Positions 11,364 through 25,363 of a stretch of DNA of 64,000 nt are shown here, piece by piece; within the stretch, counting starts at the first letter, position 1, and every line of letters begins with the position of its first letter. Source of the stretch: a virus; the IMG/VR virus record IMGVR_UViG_3300044712_001062, positions 32,001 through 96,000 of that record. The stretch is one strand, 5' to 3'. The notes under the pieces are model-generated. The model worked only from the letters and a program-made list of their open reading frames with translations, did not search any database and was not told where the DNA came from. A program made the translations under genes and the position numbers.

Positions 11364-14300
11364 TTATGTAGTCTAACATGTGTTTTTTAGAACAAAAGTG
11401 CACATCTTTTGATAAAAACAGATGTTTTGCATCTTTAATGTTATTACCAATATATGCACCATCATGAGCACTTATACAATAATATAATTCGTCTTCGTTA
11501 ATTGTTACATTACATTGATCGCAAATCATTAGATCCGGTTGTGATTTAAACGACATAAATGTTATTCCTTATAATTGATTAATTACCTTCGTTGTTGATT
11601 ATAAATTGTCATCAAATCTCTAATTTATTAATCAACATTTTCACAACACCTTATAGACATTACAATATCTCCATACTTTATAGTTGCAAACTGTTCAGCA
11701 AGTTGTCTACATGCTTCAACCGTTTCACCTTCTATACCTTCAAGTTTAAGATCTTTAAATTTGACTATAGCATTACATTTCATGATTAATCACTTTCATT
11801 GTTGATTAAATTTTTTAATTCATCATCGGTTACTTTGCTCATTAAGATTCCAATGCCATTGTAATCGGGGTGTGGTTGAGCACGATACAATTTACCACAT
11901 TCATTGCAGGTGCCAATTACTGATTTGTCATGTGCGTCAATTAGAACCATTGTAACGTGATTACACCATGGACATCCACAACCTTCATAGTTGAGTTTTG
12001 GTTGAGTAAAATTTTCAGTGTATTTGCAAGATTTGGAAAATACATAATCTAAATTATTATTCATTTACTTCCTCACATTCATAATCATGATAATCGGTTA
12101 TTTCATAGATTGACCAATTATTAACATTTTCCATTTCTAAATCGGCAATTTCCATAGCAAATTCATCATCATTCGCTTCAATGATTTTTTCATATTGAAC
12201 ATATGCAGTGGCAAATCTAAAAATTTTAAATTTTGACATCGAATATTCTCCATTAATCAAATTTTGGAGATTTAATAATGCGTATTTCGCCAAATTGATC
12301 ACATTGGATTATAAGTGGATTTTCACTTATTGCGTCAATTAACTGGATGAGAAATTCAGTTGCCTTGAACATTCGGTCTTCGCCTGTATATTCAACTGAA
12401 ATGTTGTTCCAATCATCTGACCAATTATGTTTTACAATTTGGACAACTGCATATGATTTAGAACCAGGGGGATTATACTCATGAATCGAAAATATTGGTT
12501 CTTTAACTGAAAATGCGTTGTTGTTGGGTGTTATAATGTAAGTCATCATCAATCCTCGTTTAATGGGCACCATGATGGTCGAACGGTTAGATCATCTTCA
12601 CAAAATCTGTAAAGTATTTGCAGCATTGGTATATTTCCAAGAATTACAGACCCACCTTCAACTTTATAAGATGTACAAAAATGTGGATTATTATACATTT
12701 CATTGAGTGTATGGTGATTATAACATTCATTGCATCCTTGAACATCAAGTCTAAATTTATTCATTCAATTTTACTCTTGCAAATTCCTTCGATATAATCA
12801 ACTATTTGATCAATTTGTTCATTGGATAATTTATTAATTTTAATTTTCATAGATCCTGTTATTATGGGATCTTCTAATTTAAGGTGGTTGTATACTTGAC
12901 GTTTAATTGTTATATTACAATCGGGATTGTTATTCATTTTTTCGAGCATAATAATAATCATCAGGTTTCTTTTGTTCGAGTGATCGTTACAGGTTGATTT
13001 AAGTTAATTGCAAACATTGTGACCTTTAATTAATAGGTGGTAATATTACTTATATTTTACTAATCATTGAATGATTCTAACATCTTTTTGAGTTCCTGGA
13101 CATCATCACCATCGAAATAACTATCAATTACACGATTTACCAAACAATCATCTTCTTTGCAGACTATAATTGCTTCAATGGCATTTTTAAGTGTCAGTAG
13201 TTCATCACCATTAATTTCAATGGTAAATTTACATTCTTTTATGATTTTCATAATAAAATTCTCATATAGTTGTATTTTTTAGATGTTCTTTAATTTCATT
13301 TGGGGTGTAATTAAAATCACATGGCCATACATCTAATATATGCTGATCTGATGAATCACCCCAGAATTCCATTCGTGCATAATAAATATTTGGTGGTCGA
13401 TTTGAACTTCCAAGATCGATACTACAATAGTATCTACCATCACCATCGTGATAAAATCCACATGTCATACAACTTCTATTTTTTCTATTCATAATAAAAT
13501 TTCAAATATATAATTTTATAATTTTTCTACTGCCTCGAACTGCCTAATCAATCCAATAACTTTGGCATACCCCTCTTTTGATTCAACAAACCACGAAGGC
13601 TTATCCTCAAGATGATAGACCATATGTTCAACCATCTCATACTCCGACTCATCAAACGTAATAACTCTACCCTCAATTTTCATAACTTTAGTTCCCCATA
13701 CAAAATCCGAAAAACCATCCCAGTAAAAACGCCGCAACCATCACAAATATCGTTCCACCCGTCAACTCAACAATCATTCTAAACCTTTCCGTTCCACAAT
13801 TTTATCAATATAGTCAGTAATCACGTCAAGTCCCTCATGCCACTTAATATAATACATACATGGCTTATATGCATCCAGTCCTTCGGCATCTGCATAATTT
13901 CTATCTTCTTCAGACTCAAACCCTGACTTCTCTGGTATCATGCAATTACAACTTTCATACTCAATAAAAATACACTGTTCAGGCCAAGTGCAACTATCAG
14001 TATGTAACTTCATCTTCAAACCTCCTACTAACCGGCCTATTCAACTTATCAATTATATCTCCAACAGTTCCCTCAAATTGAGATCCTTCATGCAGCATCA
14101 TATGTGCCATCAATATCCCATTAAGAATCGACTGCTCATATGTCGTCAATTCAATGCAAATAAATTCACTCTTCATTAAATCCACCGATACATCCAACAA
14201 AACACAATTAGTCCAACTACAGCAATACATACCCAAATCGCACTAATAGCATCAATCATTCGACTCCTCCAACATCATATTCGCTGCGATGAGTCCAATT

Positions 14301-14400
14301 TGATATCCCTGATACTCACCCTTCCAGAATCCAATTAAGTAAGACGCCAACGCGGTGAAGGATAACATGAATAGAATAGCGACACACTCAACTGTTCCAA

Positions 14401-14736
14401 TCATTCAGAGTCCCTCCGGAGTGAGAGAACCCATTTTAGCGATTCTTTAAGATATTTATATCTGTCATGAGTATGTTCATTTACTTTACCATATTCAATC
14501 CCTTGATCGATCTTCTCCTTCAACCAATCAGGGATCTCATTTGATTCAACCCGTGTGTTCCATGCTGCGATTGCTTGTTCTATGGTTTCATATTCGTTTA
14601 CTTGACATCCACACACACTACAATCAACACCGTATCCATCTGGCTCACATTCATGTGAAATTGTAGATACATACGCCTCACTTTTACAAAGCGGGCAGGG
14701 CTTCAGGTCATTGATCATCCTTTTGCTCCTTTTCAT
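14401..14736 (-). CDS. Lar-family restriction-alleviation-like Zn-finger protein
   Basis: LKPCPLC...VDCSVCG...EQAIAAWNTR signature. True start is probably the second Met (MINDLKPCP). Confidence 0.75.
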   Translation of the reverse strand: MKRSKRMINDLKPCPLCKSEAYVSTISHECEPDGYGVDCSVCGCQVNEYETIEQAIAAWNTRVESNEIPDWLKEKIDQGIEYGKVNEHTHDRYKYLKESLKWVLSLRRDSE

Positions 14737-15187
14737 TATTTAGACAAGTTAAACTGTAATTATTATCTTCTAAGTATTGCATAATAACATTTTCAGTTCC
14801 CTCTTCAGGGAAACTTAATTTATCTACATTTGGGAAAATACCCATATATTTCTCCACCAAACAACTCACAGTCTGACTTAATGCAATGGGATCTATATTC
14901 CCTGTATCTACTGAGTAAACATCACCTCTGTTCCATCCCCCTATTTCTGGGGAAGCAATATCTGGTACCAATTCCTGCAATGCTGGCTGACCTGAACATA
15001 TTAAGAAGGCAGCACAGATACAATCGGTTAGATCCCGAAATGTTATTCCAGTAATTTCTGTTGATCCCCTGACCCCTAAATCTGTCCATGGCTGACCATC
15101 ATAAGGTCTATACCTACTGTTACTAGAATATTCACCATTTACTGATGCTAACTTCCTTTCGAGAGCATCAAAAAAATCTTCATCCAT
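14708..15187 (-). CDS. Hypothetical phage protein
   Basis: 159-aa ORF, codon-like composition, overlapping stop/start with its neighbours. Confidence 0.7.
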   Translation of the reverse strand: MDEDFFDALERKLASVNGEYSSNSRYRPYDGQPWTDLGVRGSTEITGITFRDLTDCICAAFLICSGQPALQELVPDIASPEIGGWNRGDVYSVDTGNIDPIALSQTVSCLVEKYMGIFPNVDKLSFPEEGTENVIMQYLEDNNYSLTCLNNEKEQKDDQ

Positions 15188-15262
15188 TTATCTTCTCAAG
15201 GACACATTACATTCTAAATATTCAGATTCTCCGCAGAATGGACATGATTTTAATTCACTCAT
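15188..15262 (-). pseudogene. Internally deleted Lar-like remnant (MSELKSCPFCGESEYLECNVSLRR*)
   Basis: Begins with a Lar-type LKxCPFCG and ends SLRR, like the C-terminus of 14401-14736; only 24 aa. Confidence 0.55.
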
Positions 15263-16782
15263 TCAGAGTCCCTCTTGGTTGATTTATACTTTGGACAATA
15301 CACAACGCAATGTAATTTATTACGGCTTTTTTTATGGCGACAATTGCCACACTCATCTACAACCTTCGAGAGTTCCTTGCTATTGTGCTGGTCGATGAGT
15401 AATTGCATCTCTTTTTGACTGAAATTAGAATTGCAGTTAGATTCGCATCCACCAATATCATACAATGTGCATGAACTATACTCCCCATCAAAGAATATAC
15501 ATTCATCATGTCCACGTCTGACCTTCCGTTCTTTGATTGATGAGATCATCTTGGTTCACCGATGTTGTGGTGGTCAATGATTAACTTAACCCATTGCAAT
15601 TCAGTCAATAAGGTTGTTAAAAGCACATTTGATATTTCTCCTTCTCTGTATTGATCATGCAAATCAGAAATTCTAATATCAATATCCCATTTGATATTTT
15701 CTATTACTGATCGTTCCTCAACCGGTGGAATCATGATTTATCCACCATTCGGGTAACTTTTAATTTTTTAATTGCTTTTATGGGAATCCAGACATCGTGA
15801 TCTCTGGGTTTATCTCCACATATAATTATGAACCAATTTTCAGAATCTTCATAATTATTCGCTTCAAAATATTCAATAGACCCACTTTCAAATTCAACGT
15901 AAATATCATAATTATAAGGCATTTATTAGGGCCTCCAAAATTCACCGGTCTCACAATCAACTTCGAAATATCGTTTTATCAAATCTTTAATCATTCGCTG
16001 TGGTGTTGTTTTATATTTTTTCGCCTCGTCCCTCAATGTTATCAATGCCCGTGGATGCACACTTATTGTAATAGTTGGTTTATTACTCATAACCATTCAC
16101 CCTTTGGCATTTTACCAATGTAATTATAATTTCTTCCATGTCCTGCATAAAAACTCCAATTTATACATTCTTTTGCGATTGGTGATGTAAATTTGTCTGG
16201 CATCTCTTTATGTAATCGGGTTAGTAATTTTTGTGCTGCTTCATCCGGGGTATCTGCAAATTCACATTCGCCATCCTGAAGATTTACACCAAAAAGTGCA
16301 CACCATTGATCACCATCTTTATAAACTCGAATCATCGATTTACTCTTGTGAATTATCTCGGTCATTATTCTTCTCCAGGGGATGATAGAATTGCAACAAA
16401 TACAGCATCCATACCATCTTCATTTCCTTCAAGCCCACATGATATACTCAAAATTTCATATCCATCAGATAAATATTGGTTGATTTTATCGTCAAATGTT
16501 TCGTGAACCCATTCTTTTAATGTAACGATCATCTTGGCCATATTTACACCCATGCACCTTTATGGAAATATCCAAATGAGCCTTCCCATGTATAATAATC
16601 AACTCCGAAATATTTAGCAGCATATTTACAAGTTTCTTCTGATGAATAGCCAAATATTCCGTTTTCTGGATGGTGTAGCCAAAATTTCATACCATCGTAA
16701 GTTGCTGGAGCCAAATAATCGCTGTCTCCATCAAACAATGCGATAGTATTAGTATTTGGATGCAGCATTGCAATAAATTCGT

Positions 16783-17151
16783 TCATCGTTTTACTCCAGT
16801 GAATTGTCTCAACCACTTCTTCAATTGGTTGGCAGCCTTTCGTGGCCTGGTCTTTTGGATATCATATAGATGTCTGGCATCAACATACACATTGTAAGAT
16901 TCTCTGGTTCTAATTATGGTTACGTGATGCCACTGACCGTCATTTGGAATCGGTGGATATGTTTGTTGCTTTTGCTTATAACAGAAAAAATCAATGGTAA
17001 AGTCTCCAGATTCAATATTGAAATCTGTTGGACCTTCATGAACTGTGTAGTCCAAATAATCATTAGAATCACTCATTCTTCCCTCATCATTTTCTGGTAA
17101 CATTCTTCGCAATATACACTGAAACCAAAAAGTGGTTCGTTTGATTCCCAC
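16783..17151 (-). CDS. Protein with a LamG/concanavalin-like fragment
   Basis: DFTIDFF...NDGQWHHVTIIR...VYVD motif. Confidence 0.5.
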   Translation of the reverse strand: MGIKRTTFWFQCILRRMLPENDEGRMSDSNDYLDYTVHEGPTDFNIESGDFTIDFFCYKQKQQTYPPIPNDGQWHHVTIIRTRESYNVYVDARHLYDIQKTRPRKAANQLKKWLRQFTGVKR

Positions 17152-17964
17152 CTGATGCCCAGGTGATCTCTACCAACTTTTTCAATTGGTTTGCTACAAA
17201 TCTTGCAATTCATAATTCACTCATTAATTCTTCAGTTATCCATGCTGCCATGTGTTTAGGGCTACAAAAATCCAGTTCATATATTGATGTTTCATTTTTC
17301 AAAATACCAGCACAAATATGATCAAAATGTAACCAGTGATTATCTCCGGCGTAAATATGGATATAATCAGTTTTATCTGTGAGAATATACCCACAATAGT
17401 CACATTTGCATATTTTGATTTCTTCGGTGCTCATAATTAACTCTATAATATATTTTATCAATTATCAATTACTTCTACAATTCGAAATGTATTGATGAAA
17501 TTTTTGGCTTCTTCTACACTATCAAATGTGTTATTTAATAGATATTGATCTCTTGATACGACCTTGTATTTTGTCTGTTTAGGTATAAATTCCTTACAAT
17601 ATATTTTAGCATCCTTGGAATTTTCAAATGGACAATTTGCCATATATCCAGGATTTACATGTTCATGTATTGCACTTATCATATGATTCATACACAATTT
17701 ACATTTGGTATAATCGTTTGAAATTGTATAAAATTTACAATTTATTTTTGTCATGTCAATTACCTATTTATAAATTACCTTTAATTTTTTTCATTTTTAA
17801 TAATTTAGAAAAATAATATAGTTTATTCCTCTAATTGACAATTATGTATAGGTCGTGAAATATATTAAATCTTTTCATTCATAATAATCCATCAATTAAA
17901 TAATTTGTAAGGATGATCAATACAATTACTAATATAATGATCAGTGAGATTTTAAATGTTTTTA

Positions 17965-18315
17965 TCACGCACGACCACCTTGATAATACATATGCGGCCA
18001 AGGATTATCTGGTCTCCCAACTATTGGCGGAGATGCATACCACGTATCGATATCAACTTGTTCAATTTTATGCTGACCATTCTGATTCACATAAGTCACA
18101 AAATAAACAATAACACCACTATATCCAGCATCATGTGGTTGCATTGCCCAACATTTATCCATTGGAGTCCATGTATCCACATTCGTTACAGTAGGCTCTG
18201 ATTTTGGAAACAACTCAAATGCATCAGCAGGTGCAGCACACCACAAAATTATAATTGCAATGACCAGCACTAAAATCCCACAACCAAACAATTCGTATTT
18301 TCTATCATTATTCAT
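17965..18315 (-). CDS. Secreted or membrane-anchored hypothetical protein
   Basis: N-terminal hydrophobic stretch followed by an AxA-like cleavage site. Confidence 0.6.
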   Translation of the reverse strand: MNNDRKYELFGCGILVLVIAIIILWCAAPADAFELFPKSEPTVTNVDTWTPMDKCWAMQPHDAGYSGVIVYFVTYVNQNGQHKIEQVDIDTWYASPPIVGRPDNPWPHMYYQGGRA

Positions 18316-19205
18316 AATTAATGACCAAATCTTACTGATCCACTTGTTCGATGATTAATTGCCGAAAGCAACTTATCCATTCGTTCAACCGTCTTTTCAA
18401 GTTGTTCAATTCGCTGTTCCAATAACTTGACTCGTTCTGCAACTGGATCAACTGGAACTGATCGACTATATGATGGTATCAATGCTTCTAATTCTTTATT
18501 TCCATACCATCGAAGCCAACCTTCATCATTCATTTTTATTCTCCAATTTTAAAGTGTTTATATTATACAATTTATCCCATATATCTTTAATCATAGGTTT
18601 AGCATCTTCATAAATGAAAAATAATCTGCCTGCTTTACCCGGTACAGTTTCACCATATTCACCATAGAGTATCATCCAATCAAAGCATTCATCAATAGCA
18701 AGTGAAACCTGATCAGCGGTTAAGTATGGAGAATCATTTACAATTTTACTGAACCATGAATTAACACCATGTTGCTCTTGATTGTAGATGTATGCGGCTA
18801 CTATGAGTGAATTGTCATAAGTGATTCCATTAATGGTGGTTTGAATCATTTTCATTCTCCAATTAGTGCGAATTCATGTTTGTCAAAATGATCTTTAAAT
18901 TTCATAGTTCCATTAGTTTTTACAAATAATCGAATTATAGGATACCAACCACCATATTTCTTAATGCATTTACATAATTGCTTGTAATGAGATTTACAAA
19001 AATAATAAGTTCCATTTTTGTAAACCACCATTGCATCAGTATCGCACATACTGCATTTAGTTTTATATCCTGCTGTTTCACCATGAACTTTATAATTCAT
19101 GTCTTGCCATTGAACTTCTGCTCCATCAACATAAGTCTTATCATCCAAAAATGATATTAGGTGCATCTTACCTTCAATCATAAACCATCGTTGAACATTC
19201 ATAAT

Positions 19206-19640
19206 TTAACACCAAGTTCTATGGTTTTCAGCAATCCATTCACGACCATCATCGCTTTCATGAATTTCCCAATTAACTCCATCAGGAACTTCAACAACTT
19301 TAATTGAATGTGGCCTACATGCTACTTTATCTGGAAATCTCTCCACAAGATCTATTAATATTGGATTGGATCTATACTCATCTTCGTATCCCCATGGACA
19401 AAAATACAAATCATAATCAAAGTCATCTGAATCGAGTGAATCTCCTTGATCCATAGTTGATATCAAAAATGCTTCTCCATTATATGAAATTGGATCATAT
19501 CGCTTACACATCATTTTATCATTTTCAAGATATTCAACATAAGCATATCCATCTATATTTTGCGATTTCAAAATTTCAAGGCAACCCCATATTGATAAGT
19601 GGAATCCACCAATCTCACAATTGATTGCAATTTTTGTCAT
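19206..19640 (-). CDS. Conserved phage hypothetical protein
   Basis: KIAINxxxGGFxLS...RxxPxLI...IKVVEVPDGVNWEIHExDxGREWIAENHRTW pattern, recalled as recurrent in tailed phages; ACTTGGAGAA RBS. Confidence 0.75.
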   Translation of the reverse strand: MTKIAINCEIGGFHLSIWGCLEILKSQNIDGYAYVEYLENDKMMCKRYDPISYNGEAFLISTMDQGDSLDSDDFDYDLYFCPWGYEDEYRSNPILIDLVERFPDKVACRPHSIKVVEVPDGVNWEIHESDDGREWIAENHRTWC

Positions 19641-20120
19641 TAAAATTCTCCAAGTTTAATCAATTAATTACCAATTACAGGGAAATTCCTTGGTTACTAT
19701 ATTATCAATTTCGAGAATACTCATACCTTTTTGAAAATATGTTTCTCCAAGTTCATTACGTGATTTGTATATTTCATTGTTAAATAAACACTTTTGTTCA
19801 AATTGTATACGCTTCTCACATTTATAACAAAAATGAGCACCATTTTCAATCATTTCATTTCGTATACTTTCTTGTTTAGCAATTTCAATTTCATATTTAT
19901 CAGTCATAATCAACACCTATCAAGAACATCTACAACTACTCTGAATAATTATTAATGCTACAAAGAACGCAAACCAACTCATGAAGTAAATAACTATCCA
20001 TATATTTCCCCCAACAAAATCACTCCCATACACATCATCATATTTCCCTTCGTCGTAATGTGCAGTAGAATAAATCTCATCAGTTAACCCCTCCATATAA
20101 TCATCACGATCTCCCATCAT

Positions 20121-21174
20121 TTACTCCAACAAACCCCTGCAATCTTCAATAACTTGCTGGATGTAACATACAAGGAATATCCCAACAATAATTGCAACTG
20201 CTGCAAGACAGATAATTAATGTTGCACTCATTGTGATCCCAATTAATTCGGCAATATATGCAAGCGCAAGACACATTCCAACAACTAATACTACAATTCC
20301 ACCACCAATTATAACAAGCCACAACAACATACTCGCAACAGCACCTGCATCTGCCAAAATTCGCATAACAATTAACGTGAATAATTTATTCATAATTCAC
20401 CTAAATATACTCCAGGTCTACAATTCATCAATTTATTATCAACAATATAATGATTGGCTTCGTCAAAGTTGTTAAATCCAGATTTAATTACTATATCAAC
20501 ACCACCATCGATAACAATGCCACGATTCAATTCATTAAACAGTGACGTTGTTGCATATATTACAATTTTTTCATTCATAATTCACCCAATACATAAATAA
20601 ATGGCAATAACATAATACAACCAACAATTAAAAGTAATATAACATTTTTATATCTTCTATGTTCATAATTTCTACTTTCAAATAATTCACAAAACGATCC
20701 CATAATACAAATTGTTCCTAAACACGATATTATAATGAATAACACAAGTATTATAAATCTAACTACACCAATTGTTAAAGTTTCAATTATCATTCATAAT
20801 TCACCTGTGATCATAGCACATATAATTAATATTACCATAACAATCATAAGGCTGTATGCACCAGCAAGTAGCCATTCCTTGTTTTCAGCAAATTTAATTA
20901 TCATTAAAATCATTGAACCAAATAACGACAACCCCATCCCAATAATACACAATCCCATTAACACTATTAAAATTTCAATAAACATTTAATCACCAATCAA
21001 CTCATTCCATATAAACAACACAGCACCAATCACCATAATCACATACAATGCCGTGAGTACCCACAAACGATCTTCGATTAATGAATGGAAGAAACAACCA
21101 ATTGTATATAAAAATATTATAAGTATTGGCATAGAAACCATTAATGCTATTAATAATGTAGATTTAATAAACAT
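20121..21174 (-). CDS. Tandem cluster of small proteins, mostly 2-TM membrane proteins (20121-20393, 20390-20578, 20575-20793, 20794-20985, 20986-21174)
   Basis: Hydrophobic 62-90 aa ORFs. Three end in GEL because of the shared junction GGTGAATTATGA (RBS plus overlapping stop/start). Confidence 0.7.
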
Positions 21175-21183
21175 CTAATCACT

Positions 21184-21720
21184 TCATTTGTAATTTTTCA
21201 ACACTGAATTTCGCTTATTTTCACAACATTGGTGTTGTCGTTCGTAGTCTAATTTCTTTTGCTTTTCGGCATTGTCGATTTCTTGGACATGAGATAAATA
21301 CAATTTACTGATATTTAATTTGGCCATTTCATTTTTGAGATCTGTCATCCATGGCCCCTCAACATATTTATGAGAATATCCATCCGCATATATCTCTGGA
21401 TAACAAAATGACGAACTAAATGTTGAGAAATTTTCATCATATTCAAATTTATCATCTATAAGATATATACGAATTAATGTAAATTCATTCTTATTGAAAT
21501 ACTTACAATCACAACTATCTCTAAACCGTGTATAATCTATTAGGAATTTGTCGAAATATATTTCACAAAACGCTGATGATGGAGATCCATAGGCGCCGTA
21601 ATGAGAACTTATCTTCTTATAAGATCCCGTGGGATGTAAATGCAATAACATTTTGACTTTATCATCGAACTTTACAAAATTTGGAGATGGAGATAAAATT
21701 TTCTGTATGAAATTCAACAT
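21184..21720 (-). CDS. Hypothetical protein
   Basis: 178-aa ORF preceded by the AATTTAAAATCATAGAGGTATT cassette motif. Confidence 0.7.
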   Translation of the reverse strand: MLNFIQKILSPSPNFVKFDDKVKMLLHLHPTGSYKKISSHYGAYGSPSSAFCEIYFDKFLIDYTRFRDSCDCKYFNKNEFTLIRIYLIDDKFEYDENFSTFSSSFCYPEIYADGYSHKYVEGPWMTDLKNEMAKLNISKLYLSHVQEIDNAEKQKKLDYERQHQCCENKRNSVLKNYK

Positions 21721-24700
21721 TAGAATACCTCTATGATTTTAAATTCGTAATGGATCTTCAATTTACATCCAGTCAATGAAGTCAGGGCCTTTAACCTGCA
21801 TCATTACATCGTCATTGCACGCTTTTGCAAACGACAGCCCATTCCAAAGTAGAAATAGACCAGTTTCAACATCCTGATTATGTTCAATCATATTGTAACC
21901 TATAATGGCTTCGTCTATGAACCGTCTAACTTCGTTCACTTTATATACTAACTGTCGATGTTCCATTTGAGGAAGATCACTTTCGTTAACTTCTATAATT
22001 CTACTCATTTTAATACCTCTATGATTTTAAATTTGTAAACTAATCACTGATCACCATTTATGACCGCATTGTCTACACTCATGATCGAAATACCGTTTCG
22101 TTAATATCTTATTCCTATTCTCAATATGAGTAACATCATAACTGCCACACATTGGGCAAGTTTCTACTCTATCATTCATCATTTTATACACCTCTATTAT
22201 TTACTACCAGTAACCTTCGTATAAAACACATGATAATTTGGCTAAATCCCAAGCACCCATGTGATATCTACACATTTGATCTTCAGCATAATAATATTCT
22301 TTAACTTGTCGAATTGAATAAACATTACATTTCGATCCATCGCAATGTATACATGAATCAGACATTGTTAAACACCATTTTCTGGATCATAACTTGAACA
22401 TCTATCAATGTTATCATAACATGCTAAAATTCCACGAATTCTTCCTTTAAGTTCACAAAATTGAACATCTTGTAATTTACCATCAGGATCTTCTCGTGTC
22501 CAATATTTAACAAATTCATATCCAGGATACTCAACATTTTTCAATTGACAACTTGGATAATTATCAGCATTATGATCTAAATGTTTACACTTTTGCAATT
22601 CAGACATTATGCACCTCTATCATTTTCATTCATTTTAACGAAGATCCTTAAACATTAAATATATAGTTCCGATAATTAAATAACCAATACAAAATACGTT
22701 AATTGATGTCATTATATAATCTGCAATTGTCATTATGAACCTCTGGGATTATCGAGGATATATGGTTCTCCAATTGGTGAATTTGACAAATCTCCTCTGG
22801 TTACTAATACTGGAATTTCATCACTAATGTTGTATAGTTTTACACTGGTGATACGCACTTGGGTATTATTTAACTTCATTGTATAGGTATAAAGTGATTT
22901 ATCTTTAGTTATGGATGTTACTGTTGCATTTTCAATTGATTCATGATTTGCAAATGAATCATACATTATAATTGTTGCCGTTGCTATTATCCACATTATA
23001 ATAATTATTATTAAAATAAATCCAATGTCCATAATTTTTTCGCTATTCATTTTTAAATTACCAATGATAGGGTTTTCTACATGGGGCTACGTAATATCCA
23101 ACTGGAAATAGTTCACCTTTCATGTAAATGTGTCCATGATATTTACATTTAACACAACTTGTTTCAAATTTCATTGCCTGTTTATCACTTTGAACACATG
23201 GTTCCCAATGCCCATCGGGACAATGAACACCAAGCGATCCATTACAAATTGGGCATTTCATAATTTAATTACCTTTGTTATTTAAGTTCTCATCTCTAAA
23301 ATTTATTCGTGATTCAAATCCTTTGCTTTTTCAAATGCATATCCTCTGGTCATTAGTTCATCAAGATCCACTTGATTTCTAATTTCCATTTCAAGATATA
23401 CAAGATTCCCTGCAATGTTAACCATATCATTCTTTTGCAAACTTTCTTGCATCTTAAATATACAACCTATGCAAAATTCCCGATGAGTGTATTTAATTTT
23501 ATTCATAATTTAATCAACCCAGAAAAAGTCAATTGTTCCATCTCTATTCCATTTATACCAATAATCTCTCTGACATTTAGAACAATATTCTACTCGTGGA
23601 CTATCATTTACATGATCAAAGAAATAATCATCATTGTATCCTGATAGATAAAATGCAGTAGATTTTTCACAATTGCATCTTATATCTTCGGACATAAGAT
23701 CTCTACCACCAATACATTTCCATTTAATTTTCATTTTATTCAACTACTTTAATATATTGACAACCAATTTTAGATTCTATTAATGCATCATAATCAGATT
23801 TATTTTTAACAAATACTGAAATTGGACCATATTCCAAATCTCTCATAAATTTCGATCCACCCATAGAAAAACACACCATCAATTTAACTTCGAATGAATC
23901 ATCCATGATTAAATTAACTTTTTAACTTCAACGATCATAGTCTCAAGAATTTGCACAATATGCTTTAGAACCATCGTGCGTTCTCCTCTCGTAAGCATTT
24001 CATTAGCAGCAAACGTCCGAATGGTCATCATAGATTGATGATGATCGTGATCGATTTGTCTTATAATTTCATCATAAATTGTCATTTAATTCACTTCCTT
24101 TGTAATATTTACAGTAGAACTTTGCTTGTGCCCAACTTTCAAAAGGGCAGTAAATTGGAACTCCCGGATTACTATAATAACATAGATTTCCTTCTGGAGT
24201 AGTATGTTTACATTGAAGACATTTGAGATTTAATTTCATCGTTTTATTCCATCGTCATTTTCAAGCATTTTCCACATATCATTAATATCCCTACGATCAA
24301 AGCATGGAGGTAATACTTTTTTCACACGACTACTTACTTGTGAACGACTATCAAATCCATTGTTTTTGACATTGCATGTATCTCCCCAACCTCCATCTCC
24401 ACCATCGTAAAAAACACACCCAAAACACTGTCCAAATTCTCGTTTATATGTTTCATTCATAATTTATTACCTCAATTCCACGCTATCAATACGAACATCA
24501 GAGCAAATAGCGTTAGTATTATTCCAAGTCCAGTTCCCATAGTTTGGTCGAGAATTGGCCCATTACTTGGATCACAAATCCATTGTCCTGTTTCAGTGAT
24601 GTGGCAATAATATCCACGATCACTGTACGCTGTGTAAATTGGGTTAGTAATATTCATATTAAATTTCTCCATGTTCAAAATTTAATTCAGGGATATGATC

Positions 24701-25363
24701 ACTTGAGTTTGTTGATTTCATAATTTTTACCTGGAATATTTTAGATTATTTTCATTAATTTCTTCAGGTGTTAGGAATTTGTAAGTATCAGTTATTACTT
24801 GATTTTCAATTTCCTCATGGACATATGGCATTACATAATATATTTTTATTAGAATTTCGATGATCAGTAAGATACTTGGCATGTATAGATAATACCAGGG
24901 GAAGTTTATCGTTCCATAGAATTGAGCAGATACAAATGCAAATTGACATATGATCAGCATATAAAATAATACAACTGATAATTTGTTTAATTTGCTATTT
25001 TTCAACTTCTCAATATTTTCACTTGACATTATTATCTCCACGTTTTTTATTTGTTAGATCGATAATGTCAAGGTGGATAACCTTATGACCATTACATAAG
25101 ATACAAATTTTATTTTGTCCTTGACATTTTGGACAAATTACCTTTGCCATATTATATTATATGGAGTTAAAAGAGATAAAGGTTGTGGTTGAGATTTGAA
25201 GGAAGAATAAGGTGGTGAATATCAAAATTTACTTTCAGTTTCGATGATCTCCTTTTGGCAAATTGGACAAGTATATTTTTTACCATTTTCAAATTGAGTT
25301 TCAATCATTTCAACATTACAAATCCCACATAGAATTTTAGTTTCCATTTTAAGTTCTCCAAGT

